Assembly: GCF_009914755.1 (NCBI RefSeq)
Contig: NC_060931.1
Direction: 5' to 3' (one strand)
Length of the DNA stretch: 64,000 nucleotides
Source: the human T2T-CHM13v2.0 reference genome, Homo sapiens
The notes beneath the pieces were generated by a model that ran no database searches, was not told where the DNA came from, and saw nothing but the letters and a program-made list of their open reading frames with translations. This document shows, piece by piece, positions 1 to 15,519 of the stretch. The position numbers and the translations under genes were made by a program. Numbering within the stretch: position 1 is the stretch's first letter; the number at the start of each line of letters is the position of its first letter.

Positions 1-429
1 GCTTTTTAAATAAAATTCATAGGTTCTTGGATATGATTCAATCCAGTATAGTCTGTGAACTGGCTTTGCAGCTTCATCTGAATAATCTCAATATTTACAT
101 ATGAGTTATATGTATCTCTTGGAAGAAAATTTTAAAAGTAAAAGCCATTATCTATATGGGCTCAAAGGATATGAAAGAATTTTAATCTCAGAAAAGCACA
201 ATAAGGAAGTCAATATCTATTTTAATCTCAGGCAAGCATACTAAAGAAGTCAGTAGCTGCAAAAGCTCCTCAAAAAATTATTCTAAGTCAAATATAAATA
301 ATCTTATTTGCTCTTTTGGATTATGAATACATCATAGCTTTTTTATTAACATCCAATTCAAAGTTGGCCTATTGTCTGGTGGTATTAAAGTGGATCACAT
401 GTGTAGCCCTTAATAATGCACATTGACAT

Positions 430-520
430 GGAACACTTGGCTTGATCCTCGTAATTCTATGAGGTAGGTATTATCACCTATGTACAGATGAAGAAACACA
501 TCCTGAGAGATGTGAATTTT
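430..520 (-). mobile_element. MIR fragment
   Basis: ctatgaggtaggtattatc...tacagatgaagaaac MIR core. Confidence 0.55.
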
Positions 521-536
521 AATGCAATTTCTATGA

Positions 537-1802
<1,266 letters not shown>

Positions 1803-3864
1803 TACATTGCACAAATGGAAACAATAAAATCTACAATTTGAACATTTATTTGAATAGCTGGACGTGTCATCAGAACAACTCTTGATGCTTATTTAGGCTC
1901 CCAGAGTTACCTAAAGAGAACATGAGGTTTAAGAACCACTGATGAGGAATCAAAGCCCTACTTTGAAGAGTATAAATATATATTAAGCATTATATACATA
2001 TATACACACACATTTTAAAGAATTATAAAATGAACACTTGTATACTTAACACCAAGGAATTGAATATTAACATTGAAGCACCCAGGGCTTCTCCTGTATT
2101 GCATTCTTTCCTAGAAGTGATCACCAGCCTATGTTTTGAATTAATTATGCCTATGCTTTCGCTGTTTTGCCACACTATATCTTCTATAATATTGTCTTGT
2201 TTGCTTTTAGGCCCTATGTAAATGGCATATATATTGACATGCACACACATCCCCTTTGATGACTTAGTTTTTTAACAGTCTATTTGACATTGGTTCCCAC
2301 TGATGCTTGTCACTGTAGATCACATTCATTCCTTTACAATATTACGTTGTATGGAAATATCCATTTTATCCATTCTGTTGGTGGGCCTTTGAGTTGTTTT
2401 CAGCTTTTTTTCCTCAGGTACAAATAATGCTTCCATGAAGATTCTTGTAATTGGTTTCCTTGGTATATTTGTAACAACATTTCTTTAGGGTGACACTATA
2501 AATTGCAGAGACTACATACTTTAAAACTTATTAGGAATTAACAACTTATTTTCTAAGGTGGCTGTACCAATTTACACTCCTACTATAATTTCATGAGAGT
2601 TCTTGTGGCACCCTGTCCTCACCAATTCTTATCTGAATGTAAATATTACCATGTGGTTTTAATCTGTATTTCCCTATTTTCTTCTAAGACTTTAAACATT
2701 TTACTTTCATTTAAGTCCTTGACCCATTTAAATTTGACTTTTGTGCATGAAGTTATATATATATACCTGTCCTTTTGAAAATGTCCTTATATTTCTCTTA
2801 TTAAGAATTTTCAAAGATTTTTCTTTCCCCTTATCTCAATCCCCATCCTTTATGAACAGACTCGATGAATTAAAGAATATGAACCCATACAGAGCTTCAG
2901 AGACATACACTTTCTAAAGAATATGGTGAGTTTTTCTGGACATAGAACAAATACAAATGAGAATAATAACAAATACTATTTTGGGCCTCACAAATTAGCA
3001 AAATATATTCTTAATAAGGCTAATTAATCCCAGTGAGAGTGTTGTAAAATGAGCATTGTTATACACACTAACTTTTGGTGGTGCATACAATCCAAAAGGT
3101 GCACACATACCTTTGCAAAGGTAATTTGAGGCTAACTGCATTGAAGGCTTTAAGGGTGTCCACAGTTTTTTTAAGGAAATTTAACTTTATGAAATCTTTC
3201 CTATGGAAATAACTTTAAAATCATAAAGTATGCACTAAGATGTTCATTGCAGTGTCTGTATGTATATCTTAACCACTTTTGAGCTATTGCCATTTTTGCT
3301 GCTATGTGTATGTATATATATAATTGTCCCCTTCTTTAAAATGTCCTGTTTTTTTCAAAACTAATTTTTCTGTGAGTTTGTCCTTCGTGTATAATAGGAA
3401 CATGTAATGTATAAAAATATAAACATAATTTTATTATTAAAGTACTCAGATTTTTGGTGTCTATCAGCAGCAAAGTGGTAGAACACAGATACTGTTGAAG
3501 CTGTGCATTTGCTTCTGACAACCGGATGAAGCAGATGAAGGAATTGTTGCAGCTTGTGTGCACCTCACTTCTAGCCATAGTTGCAGATTAGTGTGCAAAC
3601 ATAGGATCCTAGAAACTATGGAAAAAGCTTCATTGAATTAAGTGAAAATCTCCTCATGTTTCAAAAGAATAAAAAATAAAATTTATACAGGCAAGAATTC
3701 AGTAGAACAATTTGTATAAGAACAAGCTGCAGCCCAGTACTCCTATTTGTTGACATCAAATAAAGGGGAGACTATTTGGAATTCTGAAATGAGCTAACCT
3801 CACTCTGCAACTTGATATTACTGAAATGGTTATTAGTGAGTTGTAGTGGGTAGTGCAGAAGAAA

Positions 3865-4110
3865 CTAATGTTTGTTGAGTGCCTTTATGTGCCAGGTACT
3901 TCAAAACTTTGTTTCACTAATCCTCATAATGACTCCGCCAAGTAGGTATTGTGAGTTCTGCTTTACAGGTGAAGAAAGCTCATGGAGTTAAGTAACATGA
4001 CCAACCATAGCATGGTGCCTGACATACAGTAAGTGTTTAATGAATATCTTTTGAATACATGGTAGGTACCTAACTAATGGAAGCAGTATTCAAACTTCGA
4101 TACATCTCAT
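3865..4110. mobile_element. MIR (-) with an adjacent L2 3'-end fragment (+)
   Basis: ttgagtgcctttatgtgccaggtact...ttacaggtgaagaaa (MIR); tggtgcctgacatacagtaagtgtttaatgaatatc (L2 tail). Confidence 0.55.
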
Positions 4111-4442
4111 TGCACAGCTCACACTATTTCCATCATAGTATATTGCCTTCTGTGTAAGACTATACAGAATCATTTTTAAATGGCTAAGAAAGAGCACTGC
4201 CAGTGTAAACATGGCTAGTAAGCCCAGCAACCTATTTCTCCCTTTATATGAGAACAATTTCAATTTCAAAATGTATGCATTGTGAAGGATGAGAAAAGAC
4301 AGAAAACAGGATCTTCAAGGGCTTTACAGTTACTTAACACAGCTAGTACATGAAAATAACATAAATATATATGAAAACATCGTATGTGTATGGAACATTT
4401 TATTAGTACAGCTCATCCATTTTTTGTTGAGTTCTACTGACT

Positions 4443-4893
4443 TTTTAAAATTTATTTTACTTTAAGTTCTGGGATACATGTGCAAAACATGCAGGTTTGT
4501 TACATAGGTATACATGTGCCATGGTGGTTTGCTGCACCTATCGACCCGTCATTTAGGGTTTAAGTCCTGCATGCATTAGGTATTTGTCCTAATGCTCTCC
4601 CTCCCCTTGCCCCCCACCAACAGGCCCTTGTGTGATGTTCCCCTCTCTGTGTCCATGTGTTCTCATTGTTCAACTCCCACTTATGAGTGAGAACATATGG
4701 TGTTTGGTTTTCTGATCTTGTGTTAGTTTGCTGAGAACGATGGCTTCCAGCTTCATCCACGTCCCTGCAAAGGACATGAACTCATCCTTTTTTATGGCTG
4801 CATAGTATTCCATGGTGTGTATGTGACACATTTTCTTTATCCAGTCTATCATTGATGGGTATTTGGGTTAGTTACAAGTCTTTGCTACTGTAA
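4443..4893 (-). mobile_element. L1PA 3'-end fragment
   Basis: Reverse-complement L1 3' UTR; ORF 4670..4852 is the ORF2 C-terminus ([17 protein letters not shown]). Confidence 0.9.
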
Positions 4894-5077
4894 CATCATC
4901 TGAAATGTGTTACTTTAATTTTATGTTAGGTGTTACGTCTCTTTTCCTTTTTTGTCCCACACATCACTGAAACAGATTATTTGAAAATGCTAAAATAAGT
5001 AAAATGTGCGGCATGCTTTCTTAGATGCTTTGTCTCCTGTACCAAAATAATTTACAAATACAAAAGTTGGAAATAAT

Positions 5078-5083
5078 TTTATT
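5078..5083 (-). terminator. Candidate distal AATAAA polyadenylation signal
   Basis: tttatt on +, at the homologous position in copy 2 of the cassette, 309 bp from the first. Confidence 0.5.
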
Positions 5084-5386
5084 AGTTTTTTAATGCATAA
5101 ATCCAAACATATATATGTACTGAATATTTTATTAGCTAATACAGTACCATTTTAAAAATTCTACCAACTTAAACTATTTCCTGTAAAAACATCATCCAAA
5201 ATATACTTTGTTAATTTTTATGAATGTTATTTTTTTAAGTCTCTTTTCTTTGACGCTCTCCTTTTTTATCCTGTGCTTACACCAAAAACAAATTATTTGA
5301 AAATGCTAAAATAAAATGTGGCATGTTTTCTTAGCTGTTATGTATTCTGTTATAACATTTTACAACTATTAAAGTTGAAAAATAAC

Positions 5387-5392
5387 TTTATT
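5387..5392 (-). terminator. Candidate proximal AATAAA polyadenylation signal
   Basis: tttatt on +, in copy 1 of a duplicated cassette, with T-rich sequence downstream on -. Confidence 0.45.
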
Positions 5393-6663
5393 GGTTTTGC
5401 TGCATATAGCTGCCTGTCTGCTATAAGAGAACTAATCTATAAAATTAAGGCATTTTGTTATTTCAAGTGTAGAGGGGCAAGAATGTAAGGGAATTATAAA
5501 AACCCCAAGATGACTCATTTAAAGTAGATGCACATTAAAATACTATAGATCTGGCATATTTCATATTTATAAAGCAGACAAAAAGAATGTTTATCTTTGC
5601 ATTTGGCAAGAGTATCTATCTTCAAGATAACTACCACTTTTCAAAGCACTATTGTTGGGTAGGTTTTATTAGGGGAGAGGACTTAGAAAACATGACTTTC
5701 CTCATCCAAAACCAAAAATAAATGAGGGCTTAAAAATATATTATTTAAGAAGATGATAGTGGCCAGAAATAAAGACCATGACCAACAAGCTTTGGGGCCA
5801 TCAAGATGAAAAGCCGTTTGCTTTATTCAAGATCTAGGATCTGAAAATCTCACTTCATAAATTTAACTGGATTTTCTTTTCTGATTATGTTTAACCCCAA
5901 AATTTGGTTGTATACCATAGCAGTTTCTATTTTACCTGGATGTTAAAAGAAAAACCATTGGAATCTAAAGAGAGATGAATAACCTCTTGAGCTTAGATGG
6001 AGAACTAACCAGTGGCAAATATGTATCTAGTGGGGTAAATACATCTCAAGAGATTCAAAACGTTACAAAACAAGGTGTTTTTAAAAACACTTCAACTTGA
6101 AATTATAAAAAAAAAGTATTAAAAGGTATTAGAGATCTTTCTTAAGGGCTGGTGAAATAAAAACACCTTAAAAGACACACTGTTACAATTTGCTCACAGA
6201 GGTAAAGAGGTTGTGATCAGTATCAGCATTTTAAGGATGTCATTTCAGAGCTTGCGTTCTTCTCCCTTAAGTGGTTCAAAGAGTTTGAGCAGGTACACTC
6301 TGGTACTAGGGAAAATCTGAAGCAATTCACCTAGTTGGATGAAAAAGGACTTACGTACCCTTGATTTATTAAAATTCATTGTTCTTTTATATACATTTTT
6401 CTTTAAAATTCTGAAATGAACATTTGTTTATGCAGTATGACATGAATGATTTAATAACTTATATGACAAGCTTAATAAGGCTGACATTCAATGAACAGAA
6501 AAGTAATTTACCTTTTAGTAATCAGAGAAACTTTCAATCCATTTTTATCTTATTTTTAAGTGTCTGTTATTAAAGCTTGTGATTTTTATTAATGTAAATA
6601 AGCCAAAGGGTGATTGTTTTTGACACACCACATTGTGCCATAGTGTAATGGGTAGTTTCCTTC

Positions 6664-6814
6664 TCAGTTAACCCTCAATACTCTGTACACACTATTCTGA
6701 AATACTGTGGTGAAGTAAGGCCTGGCATCTTTGAGCAGGACGCTACATAAGGGAGGGTTAGCTGCATTGGAAGGGTCTTCCACATCACAGATTTCAAGCA
6801 TACTGCAACCAGGC
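6664..6814 (-). pseudogene. DPY19L2P1: DPY19L2-like terminal exon 22, coding part (151 nt) PGCSMLEICDVEDPSNAANPPLCSVLLKDARPYFTTVFQNSVYRVLRVN*
   Basis: ttttttcag|GCCT...AAC TGA; stop at 6664-6666; followed by about 1.3-1.6 kb of repeat-free AT-rich 3' UTR. Confidence 0.93.
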
Positions 6815-8947
6815 CTGAAAAAAGACAGACATATATATCCATATTAGAAATGTATTCCTGTCTAGAGAAAATAGATACATAACACAACATCTAGATTTTC
6901 AGAGACAAATTTATTTCATAAGTTAAATATTTTAAAGCGTCATTTCAAAAAACAATTTCAATGTTTAGAAATTTAAAAAATAGAATGAAATTAAGCATGT
7001 TGCATTTTCACATCTCATTTAACCAAATGAAAGACATATCCTAATAATAAAGCTTCAATATACATTCATAAATATATATGTAAAAGCACACTTTCAAGAT
7101 GAAACAAACATAAATATAATTTCCAAGTGCCATCACCATCTAAACATAAGGCCCATTTGTAGTAAAATAGACAAATTAAAACCTAATCGAATTCCTGATA
7201 AATTTAACATTTTTTAGCATAAACTGCCTTGGATTAGCATGAAATGATCCAAGGCAGGGACAGGAGACTCTTATGGCAATTTGTTTTCTTCAATGCTTTC
7301 CCATTTTGGGTGGCTCTATGACTGGGCTAAATGAGACACTTTCCTCCCTAGAGAGTAATCCTGGATGGCAGTCATTAAAGGGAAGGAGTCAGACAAAATT
7401 GATTTCTAATTTTTTAACATCTATATTGAAGTATAAGTTATACACAATAAAACTTCACCTATTTTATGTGTAAAGTTTGCCAGGTATGGGCAAATGTGTA
7501 TAGATGTGTAAGCACTACCACAATCGTAATACAGAAAATTTCCATCACTCCCACAAGTTCCCTGTGCCCTTTTGCAATCTACCATCTTCCCCAAACATGG
7601 CCTCAGGCAACTACTGTACTTTCTGCGCTATAGTTTTCTTTTTCTAGAATTTCATATAAATATATTATGTAGTCTTTTCATTTTTGGCTTCTTTACCATA
7701 GCATGTTTTTGATACTCATATCTGAGCTGTAGTTCCTACAACTTCTGTTGTGGTTCAGTAGTTCCTTCCTTTTTGTTGCTAAATAATATTTCATTGTATA
7801 TAGAGAACACAATTTGTTTATCCATTTGCAAGTTAATGAACATTTGAGATGTTTTGAGTTTTTGGTGACCATGAACAATGCCACTATAAACATTCATGGA
7901 CAAGGCTTTTTGTGGACATATGTTATCATTTCTCTTAGGGAAACACCTAGGAGTGGAATTGCTGGGTTGCATGGTTATGTATGATTAAGTGTGGATTTAT
8001 CTTTATAAGCAAGTTCAAAACTGTTTTCCAGAGTAGATGCACCATTTTCCATTTCCACCAACAATGCATGAGAGTTTAAGTTGTATCAGTTTTTGTAATT
8101 TTAATCATTATAGTATGGTTATGGATGATTCAAAATATCTTCTTTGGTGAAATTTCTATTCAAATATTTTGCCAAATTTTGTGTTGATTCTTATTGAGGT
8201 GTGAGAGTTCTTTGTATATTCTGGGTAAAAGTCTGCCAGATTTTTTTTAGCAGATGTATTAAGGCGTAATTGCTCAATAATTACTCAATAAGCTGCACAT
8301 ATTTAGTATCCACTTGGATACATATTAACATAGGTATATACTTGTAAAACAGCAGCCACAATAAAAATCATGAACATATCCATCTCTCCCAAAAGTTTAC
8401 TTCTGCCCTTTTGTAATTCTAATTATTGTGTGCTTTCTTTTTTGTCTGGCTTCTTGTCCTCAGTAGAATTATTTTGAGATCCATCCATATTGCTGTAACA
8501 ATAGTCCGTTCATTTTTATTAGTAATATTTACATTGTTTGGATATTCTAATAGTGTGTTTATACATTCATCTGCTGATAAATAAGCGGATTGTTTCCAGT
8601 TTGGGGCTAATACAGAAAATAAAGTGCTATGAACATTTGTGTACAATTACTGGGATGGATATATGCTTTCTTTTATTTTAATAAATACAGTAGTTGTATG
8701 TTTAACTTTTTCTAAAATTGCTAAACTGTCTTGCAGAGTGGTTGTACCATATTACTTTTGCACCACTGGTGTATGAGAGTTCTAAGTCCTCCATAGTGTC
8801 AGCAACACTTGGCAGTTTTTTTTTCAATTATAGCTATTTTATTAAGTGTTTAGTTACATCTCACTGTAATTTTCATTTGCATTTCACAAATCACTAGTAA
8901 CATCAAGCATCTTTTTGTGTGATTATTTGCCATCTGTCTTTTTGTCC

Positions 8948-9257
<310 letters not shown>

Positions 9258-11371
9258 TGTTTTGTCCATTTTTAATTGGGTTGTTTTCTTATTATTGGGT
9301 TTTGAGAGTTTTTAATACATCTAGAGAAAGTCCTTTATCAGACATAGGCTTTGAAAATATTTTCTCCCAGACTGTGGTTTATCTTTTAATTCTTCCTAAC
9401 ACTGTTTATAAAAAAGCAGAGGTTTACAGTTTTAATGAAGTCCTATTTATCAATGTGTTCTCTTGTGGATCATGATTATGTTACTGTATCTGAGAAATCT
9501 TAGCCTAATCCAAGGTTACAATAATTTTCTTCCATATTTTCTCCTAGAAATTTTATATTCTTAGATTCTTAGTAGCAAGTTACCTTCTACTCCTAGTTTG
9601 CTGAGGGTTTTTAATCAGTTATGGATACTGAATTGTGTCAAATACTTTTTCCTGAATGTACTGAGAGGATGATGCGTGATGATGCGGTCTTTCTTTTTCA
9701 GTTTGTTACTATGGTGAATTCACCTGATTGGTTTTCAAATAGTGAGACAACTTTGCATTCCTGGGATAAACTCCACTTGCACATTATATATTGTCTTTCT
9801 TTAATATATTGCTGGATTCATTTGTTGCAATTTTACTTAAAAATTTCACATATGTGTTCATGATAAATTTTGATTGGTTGTTTCCTTTTATTGTAATGTT
9901 TCTCTCATGTTGGTATCAGGATAATGCTGACCTCACAGAACCAGTTGGGAAGTAATCCCTCCTTTTGAATTTTCTGGAATAGTTTGTAGAATTGGAATTA
10001 TTTCCAGTGAAGATATCTGTCTTAAAGTTTTCTTTGTGACAATTCTTTTTACTACAAATATAATTTTATTAATAGATACAAGGTCATTCATAATAAGGTA
10101 ATAGATATAAGATTTTCTATTTCTTAAGTGAGCTTTGATTTTGCACCTTTCAAGGAACTTGTCCATTTTATCTATTTTGTCCTACTTAGTGGAATAAAGT
10201 TGTTCCTAAAATTCCCTCATTATCCTTTTCATTTCTTCAGATTCCTGTAGTGATAAAATCTTTCTTATTCCTGATACTAGTAATTTCTGTCTTCAATCTT
10301 TTAGTTTGGGTAGGAATTTATCAATTTTATTAATCTTCTCAAGAATCAGTGTTTGGTTTTACTGACTTTTCCCTGTTTTGGGAGGAAATACACACTGATT
10401 TTGATTCTGATCTTTATGCTTTCTTTTCTTCTCCTTACTTTGGAGTTTAGTTATTCTTTTTTTTCTAGTTCCTTAAGGCGAAGCTGAGTGACCGATATGA
10501 GGCCTTTCTTCTTTTTCTATTATGGGCATTCAACATAAAAACAAATCTCTTACTGCTGTATCTGCATCCCACAAATAGCGGGATGGTGTTCTCATTTTCC
10601 CTTAGGTCAACATACGTTGAAACTAACCCTCCTTTTGTTTCTTCTTGACCATGTATTATCTGAGTGTATTACTTAGTTTCTAAACATTTGAGGGAATTTC
10701 CATATAGAATTCTGTTACTGATTTCTAATTTAATTTCATTGTAGTCAGAGATTGTACTTTACATGATCTAAAGTATTTTAAATGTGTCAATACTTGCTTT
10801 GTGGCCTAGAAAATGGTCTTTTTTGATAAATAGTCTGCGTGTGCTTGAATGTCTATTTTGCTGTTCTAGGGTGGTGTGTACTATAAATGTCAATTAGGTC
10901 ATATTGGTTGATGGCGTCATTCAAGTCTTCCACATTCTTGCCAAATTTCTTTTTATTTGTTCTACAAATTATTTAGACATGGCTATTAAAATTTCTAACT
11001 ATACTGTAGATTTGTCTATTTTTTCCTAAAGTTCTATCAGTTGTGTTTCATATTTTTGAAGCTCTCTTATCTAAGTGCATAAATGTTCAGAGTTGCTACA
11101 TCCTCTTGAAATATAGATCCCTTCTTCATTTAAAATTCCTTGTTTAACCTTGATAATATTCTTAGCATTCAAATGTACTTTGATGTTATTACAGCCACCC
11201 CAGCTTTCACTGACTAGTAGTAGCATCACATGTCCTTTTCCTATCTGTTAACTTTTAACCTCTTCGTTTCTTTATATTTAAGTAAATTTCTTGAAAGTAG
11301 CCTATAGTAGGGTCTTGCTTTGCTATGCAATCTGACAATTCTTGGTTTTCATTTGTGGTGTTTAGAGCTAT

Positions 11372-11826
11372 ATTCGTTTCCTATTGCTGCTATAACAAAT
11401 TACCACAAACAGTTGCTTAAAGCAACATATATTTATTCTCTTTCAAATTCTGGAGCTCATAAGTCTAAAATCACGGTATTGGCAGGGCTCCAATCCTTCA
11501 GGAGGCTCTAGAAGAAAATCCACTTCCTTGCCTTTTCCAGCCCTAGAAGCTGGCCTCCTTCCTTGGCTTGTGGCCTTATATCACTCCAACTTCTGCTTCT
11601 ACCATCACATCGCCTTTTTGATCTCTTACTCTTTTGCCTCCTCCTTATAAAGACTTTGTGATTACATTTGTCCTACCTGGATAATAAGGATAATATCCAC
11701 ATCTCATGAGCATTAATTTAATCACATTTGTAAATTTCCTTTTTCCATGTGAGTAACGTAATTCACAATTTCTGGGAATTAGGACATGGCCATCATGGGG
11801 GGCTCATTATTCAGCCTACCTACCAC
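11372..11826 (-). mobile_element. MaLR solo LTR (MLT1B/C-like)
   Basis: tattcgtttcctattgctgctataacaaattaccacaa...attattcagcctacc, typical MLT1 ends. Confidence 0.8.
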
Positions 11827-14800
11827 AAGTCCATTTACACTTAATGTCATAATTAATATGGTTAGATTTAAGTCTGTCTTCTCGGTGTTTTCTCTTTGTT
11901 CCATCTGATCTTCATCTCCCTTTTCCACTTCTTCTGCCTTATTTTGGATTGAGTGATTTTTATAATTCCATTTTAATCTTGTTTGTTGCCTTTTGCATTC
12001 TGTCAATTTTTGCTTCATATATTTTGAAGTTCTCTTTTAAGTTCATATGCACTCAAATTATTGTATCTTTCTGCTGTACTGAACTATTTTGCATTATAAA
12101 ACATAGTCATTTCTAGTAATATTCTTTGTCTTAACATCTATCTTCTCTGATATTTATACATTTTTCACTTCAGCTTTTCTAATGTTTACTCACATGATAT
12201 CTTTTCCATTCTTTTTCCTTCAGCCAATATACATATCTATCTGTATTTAAAATGCACCTCTTGCAGGCAGTCCATAGATAGGTTTTGCTCTTGTATTCAG
12301 TTTGCCAATCTCCACCTTTTGTTTGGAAGAATTTAGTCCTCTTTCACTTTGAAATTACTGATATGGTTTGATATAGGCTTGCTATTGTGCTCTTTTGTTT
12401 TTTTAAAAAAACTTTTTATTTCAAGACATTTGGAGATCCACATTAAGTGAGAGATAATACAAGTAGCTCTTGTACAGTCTTTAGACAGTGTCCTCCGCCA
12501 TGGTAACATCTTCAACATTTGTATAATATCACAGCCAGATAATTCACATTGATAGAATGGTGATAGAGAGCATTTCCATCACCACAGAGATCCCTTGTAT
12601 AGCCACACATACTATACTCCCCCCATATTCCTACCCCACCCTAACCCCTCGCAACCACAAATCATCCATATCTATAATTTTGTCATTTGAAGACAGTTAT
12701 ACAAATGGAATCATACAGTATGTAACCTTTGGGGATTGTCTTTTCTTCATTCAAACAATTCTCTGGAGATTCATCCAGGATCTTGAGTGTATCAATAGTT
12801 TGATCCTATTGCTGAGCAGTATTCCATGGTATGAATAGATCACTATTATTTAATCATTCACCTTGCGAAAAACATCTGGGTTGTTTCAGGTTTAGGCTAT
12901 TACAAATAAAGCTGCTATAGACATTTTTCTACAGAATTTTGTGTGAATATAACTTTCCACCTTTCTGGGAAAAAATGCCCAATACAACTGCTGGGTCTTA
13001 AGTTAGTTATATGTTTAGGTTTTTTCCCCTTTTAGTTTTAGTTGACAAGTAATACTTGTACATATTTATGGAGTATAGAGTGATATTTCAATGCATAATT
13101 ACAATGTGTAATGATCAAATAAGGGTAATTAGGATATCCATCACCACAAATGTTTACCATCTGTTTGTGCTAGGAACATTCAAAATCCTCTGTTCTGGCT
13201 TTCTTGACATATAAAGATAAATTACTGTTAACTAATATTCACTCTACAGTGCCAGAGAGCACTATAACTTATTCCTTCTATTTATCTGTAGTTTTGTATC
13301 TCTTAACCAACCTCTCCGTATCTTCTTCTCCTCCCTACCCTTCCCACTCAGCCTTTAATTACCACAATTCTACTCTACTTCTATGAGCTACTTCTTTGAG
13401 CTTCCACATGAGTGACAACATGCACTATTCATCTTTCTGTGGCTGACTTATTTCACTTAATGTATCCAGGCTCATCCATGTCTAGGCTTGCCATTATGCT
13501 CTTTTTTTCCCCACTGTTTTATTTATTTTTTGAGTGGTTTTGATAGGGATGACAACAAGCATCTTTAACATATCATGATTTACTTACCATTTAAATTGGG
13601 TTATTTCTAGTAAATCGTACATTTCCACAGTTTACTCAATTTTTGTGCTATTGTCATGTATATTTAATTTCTGTCATAAACTAAAAAATATAATGGTATC
13701 ACCTTTGCCTTAAATAATGTCTTTTAAAGATTTTCAGAGAAGAAAAACGTATAGTGATTAATATCCACATATTTACCATTTCCAGCGCATCACAGTATTT
13801 CTTGTATACCTGAGTTACCATCTGGCATCATTTCTCATCAGCTGATAGAACTTCTTGTCCATCTTGAAGTATAAATCTGTTACCAACAAATTATCTTAGA
13901 TTTTGTTGATCTGAAAAATATTTTTGGCCTCCATTTTAAAAAGATACTTTCATTAAATATAGAATTGTTGATTTTTCTTCTTCAGCACTTTGAATTATCA
14001 TTCCAGTGTCTGATAATTTCCACTATTTATGTTGGGAAGTCAGATGTTTATATAGCATATAATTTTTTTCTCTTATTTTCAAGATTTTCTCTTAATCTTT
14101 GATTTTACCGTTTTGACTATAATGTTCCTTGCTTTGGTTTTCTTTGGGCTTCACCCAGTTGGATTTGTTGAGCTTAGCAGATCTCTCAGTTAGTAGCTTT
14201 TATCAAATGAGAAATTTTTGGCCAACATTTCTTCAATATTTTTTCTGTCATGTTCTTTTTTTCATTACATCTAATACTAAAATTATGCATGTGTTGAACT
14301 ACTTAATGTTACATAGGTCTGTGACTTTGGTTATTTTTCAATCTTTTTGGCTCCTGTTCTTTTGATTAACTATTCTCTCTTGATCTATCTTCAAATTCAC
14401 TGCATTTTCTGTTCAAATGTTCTGTTTTCATCTCAGAATTGTTGAGTACATTTAAATGATTTTCATTTCATTTATTATACTTTTCAGCTCTAGAATTTCC
14501 GTGGGGGCTGGAGTGTTTCTATTTCTCTGCTGAGATTCCATAGCTCTTCACTAATGGATACCATGTTTTCTTTTAATTCATTGAATACATTTTTCTTAAG
14601 CCTTTGAATGTATTTGTAATAGTGGCTTTGCAGTCTTTGGCTGCTAAATCCAACATCTGGACCTACTTGAATCGGTTTCTATTAACTTATTTTTTTCAGA
14701 GTATTGTTCATACTTTCTCATTTCAGTTTGCATCTCTGAAACCTTTTGCACATTGTAAATGATATACTGAAGTGACTGTAGAACCTGTTTTGTTCTTCTG

Positions 14801-15393
14801 ATTGCCAATGTGTCGTTCTAGGAGACAATTAATGTGCCTGAATTTCCTGTCATGTGCAGCAGCTAATATCTGTGCTTAGGAGTCTAAACAAAGTCCTCAT
14901 AAGATCAATTACACATCTTAGAATTTTATGATTTTTAGAGATTCAAAATTCAGAAATTAAAAAATTTTAATTAGGAATGTTTTCCTTATGTCATTTTGGG
15001 TTTTGTCACTTTTCTTTTAAGTCTTATAAATCCAATATAATTCAGCTATAATACAGAATGCCAATATCTCACTTTGCTGTAAATTCAAATCCATATTTCA
15101 GATATCTAATAAAAATTTTCATAAATATTTCAAAAATTATGAAAAAAGCTAAGTGGAAGATGTTAAATTGAAAAATCAGGATATTAAATATACTATAATG
15201 TTTGGAATTAAATTCTACTTCATTGATAGTATAGTTTTACGTCCCTAGATGAAATAACTTAAACTAAGGTACCAGGATATTATTTTAATAAATTTAAAAT
15301 AAAAATTCTTAAAGAATCAGGACTACTGTAATAAAGTGAAACATTTGTTGCTCAAAAATGTACCATATCAGATAGCATAGGGTTAATACTCAC

Positions 15394-15519
15394 TTAGTTC
15401 TCACAACACACCATGCCTCTTCTAAAACATAATAATTCACATGTAACTCCAACAATTTCTCTCCTACTTCTTTGGCAGATTTTCGACTATATGTAGAATA
15501 AACTATTTTTGTCCGAGCC
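15394..15519 (-). pseudogene. DPY19L2P1: DPY19L2-like exon 21 (126 nt) ARTKIVYSTYSRKSAKEVGEKLLELHVNYYVLEEAWCVVRT(K)
   Basis: aag|GGCT...CTAA|gtgagt; phase 2/2. Confidence 0.93.

Noticed and set aside
3336-3620. Unique-looking, slightly GC-richer stretch with an 80-aa ORF downstream of the gene
   Set aside because: No recognisable homology or convincing splice-site pair; cannot be supported without a search.
6675-6890. 71-aa minus-strand ORF over the terminal exon
   Set aside because: Alternative-frame shadow of exon 22; the DPY19-like frame is a different one.
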